From contig OX337233.1 in NCBI GenBank assembly GCA_946965045.2, positions 186,001 to 250,000 on the forward strand: a stretch of DNA of 64,000 nucleotides. Direction: 5' to 3'. Shown piece by piece: positions 10,116 through 21,163 of this stretch. A program made the translations under genes and the position numbers. Source of the DNA: Epithemia pelagica. Taxonomy: Eukaryota > Protista > Bacillariophyta. Each line of letters opens with the position of its first letter. The first letter of the stretch is position 1. The notes beneath the pieces were generated by a model. It was not told the origin of the DNA. It saw nothing but the letters and a program-made list of their open reading frames with translations, and did no database searches.

Positions 10116-11767
10116 AGCTTGGTCCATAGTTTGACAGCACCCGACAAGATCTAAGCAATCTCCTTGTCTATGCAACGACGGCAACCAGAATGCATCTCTT
10201 CAGCCAACGTGACTCAAGTGTGCTTTCAGCTTCACGATTACACCAAGCCTTGGTCCGAATCCGCGCAGTCTCTCTTGGAAACAAGTCTTACTCGTCCAAC
10301 CTTTGGGTCTCACCACTCTGTTTGCCGTCGCCTAGCAGCCATGACTGATCCACAAAATGGTCGTCTCCTGCCCACACCGTTCCGCTCTGTCCTTGACATT
10401 CGTACTGAGCGTTGTATTCCCAGTGAGAGGTGTTTAGTTCCAAATTCGAGTCATTCATGGTTGTTCCAAAATATTAACTGCAGAATTTATGAGGATCGGG
10501 ACAGGTTTTGCTTTGCTCCTGTGATTCTGATAGGTGCGGACTGGAAGCACGACTGACTTGCCGAAATCGATGGATAGAGAAATATCGTGACTGTTCTTGT
10601 CACAGATCACGCATTCTTTTCGGAGAAGTTTTTGGATACCGAAATTAACGACACAGAACCACTGGTATGTATATGGCTCCGATCTATTTCTCTCTATCCA
10701 TGTGTTTTGCATCCATAGATTCTTCGTTCTTCGTGGGCGCTCGTGACTAGAGGATCTCTTTGCAATCTTACTTGTCGAGCCTCTGCTTTCGATAACCACA
10801 ACGACTCTTCTTCCAGAGGGACCCATGGGATGGTGATGTTGTTTACAGGAAACACGAGATTCCATGTACCAATCATTGCTGATCTTTTTGAGGATGAATG
10901 CGGTAAATCAGAAGAGTACTCGATATCACCCTGTTTGCATTGGTCCATGGTGGATCGCTCGGTTTCTTTTCTTGTTGCTCATGTAGCGTTAGGATTTTGT
11001 TGCGAAGATGACAAACTGGAGGGGTCACTTGGTTGATCGAGAGAGTCTCACCAACAACGATTGTACACCACCAGCATCAATGTGGGGTCTTGGGGAGGCA
11101 GACAAGCTTGCAGAGGGAGTTTTGTGGATGAGGAATGACGCATCGTCAACGCTTCTGCATCCTCGGTGCTACCGCTTTTGTGGAATGGTCGTTGTTGTTC
11201 TCCTTTGTTCCATTTCATTCGAAGCGCCTTTATATGGTTGGTCTTTTTCCTTTCGACAATCTTCGTAGTCTTTCACCAAGAAAAGGAAGAAGAGACGTAC
11301 ATGCCTCGTCACTGGCAAAGTCTCATAAATTGCTCGTAACGAACGATTCCATGGTTTCCCATGGAATGTGGCAGTAGATTCTATTGTAGAGTGGTCGTCT
11401 TGGCGACGAGAGCAATTGTCAATTGTCCTCTCCTTTTTCGAATAGAGGAAAGAGTGGAACTGCTCGTCTCGGTCGGCGCGCCTGTGAGCACAGGACAGAA
11501 TACAATACAATAGTGTGACATGGCTGGTCTTGGTCGGCGCGCCTCTGCGAGCCATTCCTGTGTCCTCATTCCGCGACCAAGATTTTGGGGGAGGGGGACT
11601 CCACATCAGTTTGGGGGAATATCCATTGAAACAAACGACAAAAATAAAAAAAAAGGAACAATCTATTTTAACGCTGCCGCGCGTACCCGCTAGGGTATCG
11701 TCGACCGACGCGCCCGGCCTCAGAAAACTAAGGCGAGGACTAACAAATCAAGAAAAAGGTTGGAACA

Positions 11768-13825
11768 TTACGGGAAAGGGTGTGCAGACCGGAGGATGAC
11801 TGGGCGCCAAGTGTTGAGCCAGTTCCTCAGTTGGATGGACGTAGTAGAGAAGGTAAAATGGATTTCAGGAGAATCGTAGAAAAGGATGGTATCAGAGGGA
11901 TTGACTTGAGGTTTGAGGAGGTAGAGAGCTCGAACTTCGCGTTGAGCTTGAGAATATGCGGCAGCTTCAATCGTTGCAGGATTATCGCCGTGAAGATTCT
12001 GATTGCGTTGGAGCCACAGACGATACGCATGATGCCAGAGAACAGTGATGGTAGAAGACACAAGACGGACACCAGAAAATTTAGGGGAGGAGATGCCTTG
12101 GGAGCGAAGAAACTGATCTTGTAAGCGAGACCATTGAGAAGAGAATCGGCCCATGAAGAGCTGATCGATGCCGATGGTAATTTGCGACAAAAGAGCGCGT
12201 TGATAGACGGAAGGAACAAGGGAGATGGAAGGGGACGTATCTTGAAGCCACGAGCGAAGACATTCGGAGAGAAGTAGGGTGATAGTCGGATCAGCATGAA
12301 GGGAATTCCACAATTTATCCAGATCAGAAAACAAGGGGACAGACCATTGTCGATGTGGACAACGAAGAAAATGTGACCACGTTTCAAGTGTTGTGGGACA
12401 TAACGGACATGAGTCTTGATAAAAGGAAGCGTATCGTGAGCGCAGATGTCCGAGTGGTAGCCAATCGTGAATGTACTTGATAATGAAATGACGGTGTGGG
12501 AAGTTGGCGTTAATGGCTCGTCCATGTGCTACCCAATCAACCGAATTAAAAGTATCGTTAGACCAGTTGAATTTGTTGCATAGGTAGTGAGAAGAACGTT
12601 CAAATGTAGACAATCGACGTAATATCGAGCGGTACTTTGACGTGATCGTGCCGTCTTGGCAATGAAGGATTGCTCTGCTACCAGTAACCAGAGGAGCCAG
12701 CGTAGAGGACACATTAGACGGATAAGTATACGAAGAAGCCAGACCATCAGTGTCAATATTCAGTTGAGATGGCAACGGAAGCGTTGTGTAAGCATGAGCA
12801 TCATCCTGGTGCCCTTTAACATGTTGAATATGAGGCATACGGTCAAAGAGTCGTAGAGATGATGAAATCGACTGTTGTAGATCCCAATCAGCCGACATAG
12901 TGGAATATGGAAATTCCACTAGCCACTCTAACCGTTTGTGAATTGTAGTGATCAAGCTTTCCGAGTCTGTATAAAGCCGTAGGTCACGAGGCAGTGGGAT
13001 CTCAGAGAATGAGCAGAAGTGAACCAAGAATCGGAGTAAAGCTAGGAAACCGTAGCTTTCAGCTCTAAACGAAGAAGTACGGTAACCTGGTGCGGGCCCG
13101 TGAATCATAAACAATCGCTGACCAGAGTCAGTTGCACACGTACACCCGAAAGTGCCTTGAAATTGCACTGCAGATCCGTCGCTGCAAAGAAGCAGAGGAC
13201 AAGATGGTCGCGTCAGATAATCGATCAGTTCCACGTCGGTACACACTAGCGTGTGTAGATCCAATAGTAGTTTCTCCCAGGAGGGCAATCGTCTAACATA
13301 AGCATCAAAAGTGTTCAGTGGAGGAGTCGGTTGAGTTGCGACAACGGAACGCGAAGGAAGAACCATTCTCGCAGGTCCGGTGTTGGCGGTAGCCACTGGG
13401 CAGGCAGTTGAGGGGACATCGCCGCGGATAGTATTAGTTGCAATAAACACTGGACCAGTACAGCGAAATTCCTGCCATTGGTTTGCTGCGACATGAACAA
13501 ACAGAGTGGAACGATCTTGAGAAAGATAGGAGAACCATTGTCGTATTGTTGTAGTACCTCCAAATAACCATCGACACAAAGGAGAGGCAAGTCGACGAGC
13601 AGAGTGCGGAGCCAAGAAGGATTGAAGGAACCGTCGCCATGTGCTCCAGGCCCGAGGTCCAGGACGGGACTGGTATGGCGTCAGATAAGTGCAACTTGAT
13701 TTGTTGTCGATACGGCCGTCGATTGCCGCAAGAGTCAATGTACTACCATCTGGAGTGACAAGATCGCTGAGCATTATAACTTGGAGATACAGACGGCACG
13801 CGTTGATCAATTTGAGCTCGGTCGA
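11768..13825 (-). CDS. LINE ORF2 C-terminal part: RNase H domain and Cys/His motif
   Basis: LLCSDGS...SSFRAESYG...YTDSESL...HVKGHQD...LNIDTD (RNase H) and CPLCPTTLETWSHFLRCPH (zinc knuckle-like). Separated from upstream ORF2 by a frameshift. Confidence 0.85.
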   Translation of the reverse strand, partial: STELKLINACRLYLQVIMLSDLVTPDGSTLTLAAIDGRIDNKSSCTYLTPYQSRPGPRAWSTWRRFLQSFLAPHSARRLASPLCRWLFGGTTTIRQWFSYLSQDRSTLFVHVAANQWQEFRCTGPVFIATNTIRGDVPSTACPVATANTGPARMVLPSRSVVATQPTPPLNTFDAYVRRLPSWEKLLLDLHTLVCTDVELIDYLTRPSCPLLLCSDGSAVQFQGTFGCTCATDSGQRLFMIHGPAPGYRTSSFRAESYGFLALLRFLVHFCSFSEIPLPRDLRLYTDSESLITTIHKRLEWLVEFPYSTMSADWDLQQSISSSLRLFDRMPHIQHVKGHQDDAHAYTTLPLPSQLNIDTDGLASSYTYPSNVSSTLAPLVTGSRAILHCQDGTITSKYRSILRRLSTFERSSHYLCNKFNWSNDTFNSVDWVAHGRAINANFPHRHFIIKYIHDWLPLGHLRSRYASFYQDSCPLCPTTLETWSHFLRCPHRQWSVPLFSDLDKLWNSLHADPTITLLLSECLRSWLQDTSPSISLVPSVYQRALLSQITIGIDQLFMGRFSSQWSRLQDQFLRSQGISSPKFSGVRLVSSTITVLWHHAYRLWLQRNQNLHGDNPATIEAAAYSQAQREVRALYLLKPQVNPSDTILFYDSPEIHFTFSTTSIQLRNWLNTWRPVILRSAHPFP

Positions 13826-13860
13826 AGACGGCACGCGTTGATCAATTTGAGCTCGGTCGA
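13791..13860. repeat. Perfect 35-bp tandem duplication that frameshifts LINE ORF2
   Basis: AGACGGCACGCGTTGATCAATTTGAGCTCGGTCGA occurs twice (13791-13825, 13826-13860). Both ORF2 halves contain SSTELKLINACRL. Confidence 0.95.
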
Positions 13861-16800
13861 TGAGGCAGTAAATTCCAGTGCGCTATCCATTAAGAACACA
13901 TCGTTCTCGCGTTGCAGTTTTGGAACAAAGGTTTCTTCTAATTCCACACGGCAATCAACCTCGGACAAGAATTTACGTAGTTGTGGAACCCATTGCATGG
14001 GGGACAAGTGCGGAAGAGGAGTATGAACATCCTCCAAAATAGGTACGCCTGTTCCAGCAAGAAACTGACCCCAAGACATCATGATCGATGCGAGTTTATA
14101 CGGTACTCCAGTTGACCGAATACATGCGAGAAGAAGATACAGCTGTGCAATCCCTCTCTCGATAGATAATGTGCGTAGACCGAGACCACCATAATCAGAG
14201 GAACCATACACCACAGCGTTGGGCATATTTCTGTTGAATCCATACTTTGGTAAGAATGCGCGTTTGAACTGACGTTGTAAAGCGTTGCAATACCCGGTGG
14301 AAAGTGTCGACGATGGAAATGGGTAGCAAATACTCGGAAGATAAATGGCATGATAGTACGACCATGCTTCCGTACGGGTGAAGGGACTTCTTGCCATAAC
14401 ACGGCTGTGCGCGAGATTCCGTTTTGATAGAGCAGTGAACAGCCCGGTGTTAGTAGCATGGGGCGATTTCTGCACTCCGAGTGTTTTGTGACTCTTAAAC
14501 GAGGATAGTTGCTTCAAAGGGACACTAGGATTCCCGTCCTTGAAAGAGATTGTGATTGTTGGGCCAAAGCTGCCATCTTTTAAAAGGGGTAACCCGTCGA
14601 CAGAGAAAGTGTAGTAAAGAAAATGGTATGAGCACTTGAGAGGGTTCAGAGCTCCTCCAGAGAGATCCAGTAGGTCATTCCAACGTTGGGCATCTGACTG
14701 GGCTTTTGCAAGATAATGTTCTGGACAAGCCGCTTGCGGTAATGTAAAGTCGTTCACACTACCGCTAGTGTCGTCGACGAATCCAATCATATATACCGAA
14801 GTGTGTACCGATCCGTCAGGAGAGACAAACGTTGCTCCATTGGCTTTCGCTTCATATGTTTCGAACAGGATGCTAGAAACAACACACCAAATGCCAGGAG
14901 AATTTCCAGCACCCTGGCCAGAACCGTAGATTGGATATATCGTGCAGTGTTTGTAAGATTGTTCAGATACTCCCAATTGCGTTTTGAGAAAGTATTTTGC
15001 CTCTGCCAAAGTTGTTGCATTGATAAACACGATTGACCGATTTTGCCCGTAGCTGCGAGACGCGAGACTGCCGAAAGAGAGAATAATCCTGTCGTAGCAG
15101 GCTGTTGCGTCGTAGTCGAGGTGTACCAAAGGGCGCTTGCTGGCCCGAGAAATTTCATACTGAAATTCTTCACACAACGTTGGAATCACGGCGTCTCGTC
15201 CTGGAACGCCACCAAACTGGGTAGGATGCAAAACTTGTTGGTTTGTTGCGAGCTGAATCATATGGCGCCACTTTAGAGCCAGGACTAAGTTATAGTCCTG
15301 TTCGTAAAGATGTATGACTCGAAGACGATGGATGCGCAAGTCGTCTGGTTCTTTCAAAATCATGACGTTCACAATGTGTTTCCATCTAGCAAACGAGTAG
15401 CGGTTCTCCAATGCACAATTCAGTAGACCGATGTGCCAATCAATCAAGTCATTCCTTTGTTGTTCTAGAACTTGCCCTTCTTCTGTACTTGGATCGATAT
15501 CGTGTTCAGCAATAAGAGCTTTGCTGTGTCCTAAATGAAAGCCGGATGGCGACGTTGTAGTAGACTCTGGCCAGGAACGCATCTTCCCAATCCAATCTTC
15601 TTTGCTAATTGCACACGGAATGGCATCAATAGCCACTCTCGACTTCATATGGTCCAGTAGGCTTTGTTGCATTTCGTCTAATTCATCTGATTGCCATTCT
15701 CCCTCTAAGATCAATTCCGCTGTGTGCGTTGAGGCACCCCAATCGCACCATTCCGAGAACGGTGGTTTCGTAGGAAAAGTTCCATCCGCTTGGCCAAAGT
15801 GGCGTCTGTTTCGTTGAAGTAGGCGTTCTTCAATCTCTGCTGGCGTATCTATGGTAATCCAGCTTGAGCAGTTGTTGTAATCGGTTGTCGTAGGATCTGC
15901 TGGAACGTCTAGGCGCGTAATCCCTGATTTCTTACTCCCCCGATACTGACGAAGCTTCGCATACATTGCTTTTGTCCTTTCTGCTGCGATTCGATGCTTT
16001 AAAGTTTTTGATTGTTGTTTATCGCCTCGATCTATAGCATCTTGAAGTGCAAGTTGGAGTTCATTTTGACGCCTGAATACAGCCTGTTTCGTCATGCTCT
16101 TAATCTTTTGTTGTGTTAGCCGAAGTTCAGTACGGCATGCAGAAAGTGTTGATGGAAATCCCCCGACATGTCCTTGATTTGTGATGTGTGCAATTCCGTC
16201 ATCGAAAGATCGTTTCAGGCGGGTAGCAGAGATCAATTTCTGTAGTAAGTTCTTGCGTTGTCGAAGTTCAGCTAACTCAGTGACGTAAGGTACGTCGCGA
16301 GGTTTCTTTGCACACTGTTTAGCAGCATGCTCGCCTGCACGCTGGAAGTCTTGATCTAACCGTTCTGCCAACTCAGGATCCCATGATGTTTTTAGACGCT
16401 CCAGTCTTTGTTGAAAGTTGTGATCCCGGCAGTACTTGTGTTTAGCTGAGAGATATACGCGGTTTGAAGCCTTATCCTTGCTTGTGAAATCTCGACTGGA
16501 AATAGGGCCCAATTCTTGTGTTTTATTGCCGAATAGTCGTTCCACATTGAAGTCGATGAAAATGTTTCGGTGATCACCACGAGACCGTTGTCCAAAAGGC
16601 TCGTAACATCCGTCTTCAACAGCTTCAGCTACCCAATCGGATGCTAAAACATAATCAATTCGCTCTCTTCCTCGCACATGTGTTGCAAATTCCGCTGTCC
16701 CGAGGATTTGATACATTACATCGCATAAATCAAGTTCGGTACATAGTTGCGACATCCCTCTGTTCTCATCATTCAGAGGCTCGTTAAAATCTCCCATCAG

Positions 16801-17652
16801 GAGAATGCCAGATTGTCCTGCCTGTTTATCTTTGATGAAGGTAGATAAATCGGTAACAAATGCTTCACGGGGGCTACAATTTCGTCGTGCTTGCCGTAGC
16901 ATTGAAGTTTGTTGTGCGGATGCAGATAAGGACCGGATCTGACCAGTTGTTCCATCGACGATTGTTTGTTTACATACTTGATAGGCGGTAATGATCGTTA
17001 GCGATTTGTGTCCGCGGCACGAGAATGTTTGATAAGCCCAGCGTCCGAGAGGATCTCGACCCTGGGCGGTAACTCTACCAGTTGAGCGTCCTTGTGTCAC
17101 TTGTAATACGCCGCCTGGTTTGTAGTCACGGCATCTTGGTGATGGAATTGCACTGCTGGCAACTGTTAGTCTTGAATGGTCAGTCTGTCTTCTCAATGTC
17201 GTCTCGAGCCGATTTCTCACTCCGTGTTGCATAGTATCTAAATTGATCTCGTATAAGCCCCATGTGTCCACTTGGAGATTCGTCATTTCCAGGCATAATT
17301 CTGCAAACTCTCCTCCATCATGACCGATTTTTAAACCGTTCGGATTACATCCGAATACCCGGAAGATCCCGTCTTCTTTCCTTGGATTCCGAGGCTGTCC
17401 AATGAACCCGTTGGTTGCATAGTTTTCTTGTCCTTCCAATGTTGTTTCTTCTGGTGCTTGATAGTAAAAATTGTCCTCGTGATTTGAATGATAGTTGTTG
17501 ATATTGTTATTGATATGAGAAGGCGATGTACTGATGTTGATGTTGTTGTGGTGGTAAGATGTTGTCTGCGATGATGATTGATAGGAATCTTGCAATTGTG
17601 ATTCTTGTTGATCTACGTAGGAGTTAACTGTGCTATTACGATCGTGACTCAT
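13807..17652 (-). CDS. LINE ORF2 N-terminal part: AP endonuclease and reverse transcriptase
   Basis: APE motifs NPNG, GLYEIN, LMGDFNE, RIDYVL and DHR; RT motifs QFGGVPGR, LDYDATACYDRI, GSGQGAGNSP and GFVDD. The ATG at 17652 overlaps the end of ORF1. Confidence 0.92.
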   Translation of the reverse strand: MSHDRNSTVNSYVDQQESQLQDSYQSSSQTTSYHHNNINISTSPSHINNNINNYHSNHEDNFYYQAPEETTLEGQENYATNGFIGQPRNPRKEDGIFRVFGCNPNGLKIGHDGGEFAELCLEMTNLQVDTWGLYEINLDTMQHGVRNRLETTLRRQTDHSRLTVASSAIPSPRCRDYKPGGVLQVTQGRSTGRVTAQGRDPLGRWAYQTFSCRGHKSLTIITAYQVCKQTIVDGTTGQIRSLSASAQQTSMLRQARRNCSPREAFVTDLSTFIKDKQAGQSGILLMGDFNEPLNDENRGMSQLCTELDLCDVMYQILGTAEFATHVRGRERIDYVLASDWVAEAVEDGCYEPFGQRSRGDHRNIFIDFNVERLFGNKTQELGPISSRDFTSKDKASNRVYLSAKHKYCRDHNFQQRLERLKTSWDPELAERLDQDFQRAGEHAAKQCAKKPRDVPYVTELAELRQRKNLLQKLISATRLKRSFDDGIAHITNQGHVGGFPSTLSACRTELRLTQQKIKSMTKQAVFRRQNELQLALQDAIDRGDKQQSKTLKHRIAAERTKAMYAKLRQYRGSKKSGITRLDVPADPTTTDYNNCSSWITIDTPAEIEERLLQRNRRHFGQADGTFPTKPPFSEWCDWGASTHTAELILEGEWQSDELDEMQQSLLDHMKSRVAIDAIPCAISKEDWIGKMRSWPESTTTSPSGFHLGHSKALIAEHDIDPSTEEGQVLEQQRNDLIDWHIGLLNCALENRYSFARWKHIVNVMILKEPDDLRIHRLRVIHLYEQDYNLVLALKWRHMIQLATNQQVLHPTQFGGVPGRDAVIPTLCEEFQYEISRASKRPLVHLDYDATACYDRIILSFGSLASRSYGQNRSIVFINATTLAEAKYFLKTQLGVSEQSYKHCTIYPIYGSGQGAGNSPGIWCVVSSILFETYEAKANGATFVSPDGSVHTSVYMIGFVDDTSGSVNDFTLPQAACPEHYLAKAQSDAQRWNDLLDLSGGALNPLKCSYHFLYYTFSVDGLPLLKDGSFGPTITISFKDGNPSVPLKQLSSFKSHKTLGVQKSPHATNTGLFTALSKRNLAHSRVMARSPFTRTEAWSYYHAIYLPSICYPFPSSTLSTGYCNALQRQFKRAFLPKYGFNRNMPNAVVYGSSDYGGLGLRTLSIERGIAQLYLLLACIRSTGVPYKLASIMMSWGQFLAGTGVPILEDVHTPLPHLSPMQWVPQLRKFLSEVDCRVELEETFVPKLQRENDVFLMDSALEFTASSTELKLINACRLRPSSN

Positions 17653-19753
17653 GACTAAACACGCTGGTGTTGGCCATGGACTCGTCCGCTGCACTGGTTG
17701 AGTTGCCATGTTCCATGCTCACATCAAGGGATGTGGCCGGCTGCTTTGAGTCGCCATAGGAGGTCACATTGCCGTCCTGACTCATTTCGTTGGGTTTCCG
17801 TTTGTTGGCTTGGTTTGGTGTTTGTGGCATGTTCAGTTGGGAGGGAGAAATCTGTTCCACTTGGTTCGAGGCGTGTGGGGTTTGTCCTTGATGAGGAGCC
17901 GGTCCTTGATGATACTGAGGATGACCTGGAGTGTATCCTTGTTGCTGTACTGTCGGATGTCCATGGATTTGAGACTGAGGGTACATAGCTTGATTCGGTG
18001 GATGGAACGGTGGTTGTCCTTGTGGTAGGAAAGGAGGTTGTCCTTGGGGATAGTACGGGGGAGGCAGTGGCATTTGGTTCTGTTGGAATGATATCATTTG
18101 TTGCTGCATAGCCATCATAATCGTATCCACTAATTCTTTCTTGTCTCGTTCTTGTTGTTCTTTTTGATCGTGAATATACTGTTGGAATCGTTCATCAAGC
18201 TCATCGAATCTTGTTTGAAGTTTGTCCCTCTCATCTTTCATCTTGTCATAATCTTCTTGGCTCACCTGGCTTGATTCCATGTCCGAAGAGCGTCCTTGCA
18301 TTATTACCGTTTTAATTGGGACTGCGCTCGTCCAAGCTTGTGTACTCGGGCCAGATGCATGAGGTGGAGCAACGTATTTATCATGTTTGAGGCCACTTTC
18401 AACTTTGCCATACGCCTTGTCAAGAGCTGTCATATAGGTTGCATATGAGCCTGCGTGGGAGGCTGATGCCGAGGAGTCTTCGTCTTCATCTTGATCAGAA
18501 TAAATGTTGCGCTTGAAGGCAACTCTAGGTGGTTGGTCGAATGGAGTCGGTGTCAGGTTTCGGAGACGCATTTCTTGTTTCGTGAGAGATTCGATGTTCA
18601 TTCTCAAGAAGCCTTTGATCGCATCAAAATGTTCTCTGGTTGTATGAACGTTGTAGCGCCCAATTTGATCGCTGTCCTTGTGTTTGGTGACTCGTTGCAC
18701 TCCCTCCATGGAGCAAATCTTAGGACTGAGATACCACATTACAGATGAATGAATACCAGCCACTGGAACGATTTGACATTCGCCCAGATATCGATTCTGT
18801 TCTATCATGGCATTGATATATTTTTGTTTGCTTGACGTATGGCGTAGCCGGTGGAAGAGAAATTCGGGATTGTCTTCATAGGTTGTATGGAGTAGCTGGA
18901 GAAGGCTCTTTGCATCTTGTTGTCGGCACTGTAAGTCGAAGGCTTTTGTAGAAAATGGCTGACGACCAGGTTCAAAAAGCATGGGCGACGAATAGTTGCA
19001 GCAGAACTTAGGAATTTTCTTTTCCGGAGTGCGTGTCTTTCTCGAAATCTCTTTCAATACAATTTCTACCATTTCTTCCGGTAGAATATTACTTGGGTCA
19101 TACCCAACAAAAAACCCCAAGTTGGAAATCCGAATCTCATCTTCCTTCCACATATGTTTTGTCATCTTAGCGTTCGAGTGCTTGAGTTTCTCATCAACCG
19201 AAAAATGGCGGCGAATTTCGCTTAGGGGAATACGCGAGAGCACACGATGTACGACCATATATATTGGTGTCCTGTTCTTGTTCTTGTTGCCTTTTGAATA
19301 GTGTAGGTCGTAGTGTCGGAGGTACGCTGAATAGGTTTCAAGAGAATCGATCTTGCGTCGGTTTAACTTCGTGCCTCTGTTGTCAAAAATTTTTACTTCG
19401 GGATACACTTTTGCAATAGTTTGTAGGATAGCAAAATGATATCGTGCAACCTCCGTGCTCTGTTTGTCATCTTTCGGACGGAACATGAATTTGATTGTAT
19501 ATTGTTGTTCTTCACCTTCATATGCGATAGGTTGGTTAGTTGTTGTTGCTGTAGCGGCACTGGCAGCGTCATCGTCGTTGGCATGGTTGTTATTGTTATT
19601 GTTATCGTTGTTGGAGTTGTTATCTGTTGCTGCACTTGTGCTAGTCGAAGTCCTTTGTTCTACAGGGGTATTCGAAGGGTTGTTGTTGTCTTGCATGTTC
19701 TCGTCGTTCCTGACAGCCGTAGGATTATCGTCGTTGCGGTCCGCCATGGTCAT
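17636..19753 (-). CDS. LINE ORF1 protein
   Basis: About 705-aa ORF directly upstream of ORF2, with an N/T-rich N-terminus, a central globular region, a coiled coil (DERDKLQTRFDELDERF) and a Q/P-rich tail. Confidence 0.8.
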   Translation of the reverse strand: MTMADRNDDNPTAVRNDENMQDNNNPSNTPVEQRTSTSTSAATDNNSNNDNNNNNNHANDDDAASAATATTTNQPIAYEGEEQQYTIKFMFRPKDDKQSTEVARYHFAILQTIAKVYPEVKIFDNRGTKLNRRKIDSLETYSAYLRHYDLHYSKGNKNKNRTPIYMVVHRVLSRIPLSEIRRHFSVDEKLKHSNAKMTKHMWKEDEIRISNLGFFVGYDPSNILPEEMVEIVLKEISRKTRTPEKKIPKFCCNYSSPMLFEPGRQPFSTKAFDLQCRQQDAKSLLQLLHTTYEDNPEFLFHRLRHTSSKQKYINAMIEQNRYLGECQIVPVAGIHSSVMWYLSPKICSMEGVQRVTKHKDSDQIGRYNVHTTREHFDAIKGFLRMNIESLTKQEMRLRNLTPTPFDQPPRVAFKRNIYSDQDEDEDSSASASHAGSYATYMTALDKAYGKVESGLKHDKYVAPPHASGPSTQAWTSAVPIKTVIMQGRSSDMESSQVSQEDYDKMKDERDKLQTRFDELDERFQQYIHDQKEQQERDKKELVDTIMMAMQQQMISFQQNQMPLPPPYYPQGQPPFLPQGQPPFHPPNQAMYPQSQIHGHPTVQQQGYTPGHPQYHQGPAPHQGQTPHASNQVEQISPSQLNMPQTPNQANKRKPNEMSQDGNVTSYGDSKQPATSLDVSMEHGNSTSAADESMANTSVFSHESRS

Positions 19754-20559
19754 CCAGAAACCAGAAACAACCACTACACTTTCTGGTGTAGGGTGTGGTA
19801 GTAAAGCTACGTTAAGGGCCAGAAACTATAGGTAAAGCTGTGTCAACGTCACTTTCAATTTCGCCTTCCACGAAATTATAAAACGACAAAAATAAAAGAT
19901 ACCATCAGCACCACAATGTGTCTGTCGCCGTCGTCGCCGTCTTTGGTTTCGGAGATTGACCTTTTCGCGCCTTCTGGCCGCGTTTTCTGCTGTGACTTGC
20001 TGTCATGTCTCTCCTGTGGAGGAAGACTCCAAAGAAGACTCTAGCAAGATGAACATCCTCAACGACAACTTTCATCGCAACAAGCTAGAAATCGTACCTT
20101 GGCTTTCGATTCACAACAGGAGGTCTAGTGCAGCAAAGAACAGAACAACAAAAAGAAGAGCACTAGGGCGATGGTATGCTTCCTCATCCACATATCTTTT
20201 ATGGAACGAGAATCAACAGCAAGACCAGGCCAATCTCTTTGTGTTGGGGCACCGCATGGCAGTCTGGTCGCCAATTTTCGAGGACCCTTTCTCGACACGA
20301 CACCATGAGGACCTGCTGGATCGATCACAAAGTCGCCCCATTGGAGGTAGTTGCGCCGGTGACGAGAAGCGCAGTACTATGGATTGAAGTATGGAACGCA
20401 ATTTAACTCCCTCCTGATGCGTCCGATTGGAGTAGTGAAGAACTGATCATGGGAAAGGGTCGCATCGCCCCTTCAAGTCTAATACATACGAAGATTCAAG
20501 CTGGGTGTCGGTGTGGAACGACAAGGCAGCAACGCTAACCAGAATCCAACGAAGAAGAA

Positions 20560-21050
20560 GAAGAAGAACAACAAAACAAGTTCTATTAGACGACAGACAA
20601 GACATGATCGACGCCGTTCGTGGTCGTGGTTTTGTGGTTAGTACTGCAGAGATTGCTGGATCGACGCAATCAATTTGCCGACCTCATGATAAAGTATAGT
20701 TGCTGTATTGGAGGAACTATCGAACACTTCGGTGGCAAAAATTCCCAAGGATTCGCAAATGTCCTGTCACCCAAAACCACCACGAGCATCGAGAGACGGT
20801 GTACTGTCCTCTCACGTAGTAGGCATGGGCCATAGAGGGACCGGACCTCACAGTTTAACGCATGGTCGACCGTCCAAACGAGTCGCTGCGCCAAGTGTTT
20901 CAGGCACGAAACCATAATCTTCCACAGCATGATTTCTCGACCCCATCAACAGCGGAGAGGCATGGTCCCATGGACATCTACCCAAGGACTGGCTCCACTA
21001 TGGTGTAACTTTACAACGGAGTACATGATATCTCAATAATAGTTCGCAAT
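20560..21050. repeat. Recurrent spacer module downstream of Kelch genes (family member)
   Basis: Shared blocks (CATGGTACCATGGACATCTACCCGAGG, CGACCGTCCAAACGAGTCGCTGCGCC, GACATGATCGGCG..TTCGTGGTCGTGG) recur wholly or partly at ~30540-31530, 34030-34640, 42960-43560, 51110-51870, 59050-59560 and 63300-64000. Confidence 0.75.
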
Positions 21051-21163
21051 GTCATGAAGAAAACAATACAACTACGATTTGAGAACGAAATGATAATGCT
21101 TTAGTTCTGCCAATGTCAGGACATACATGCAATACGTAGCAGATTTCAAGTTTCATTCTCTCC

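Larger units (their letters stand above)
11693..19878 (-). mobile_element. Full-length two-ORF non-LTR retrotransposon (APE-RT-RNase H; Ambal-like diatom LINE)
   Basis: ORF1 plus ORF2 with APE, RT and RNase H motifs. Boundaries were set by comparison with the empty paralogous site at 50101-50155 (CGCTA-CTG-AAACGACAAAAAAAGAT). Clade assignment is tentative. Confidence 0.88.

Noticed and set aside
11633-19897. 17-bp direct repeat AAACGACAAAAATAAAA (11633-11649 and 19881-19897) as the LINE target-site duplication
   Set aside because: The empty paralogous site (50075-50150) already has both AACGACAAAAA motifs and the sequence between them, so the repeat predates the insertion.
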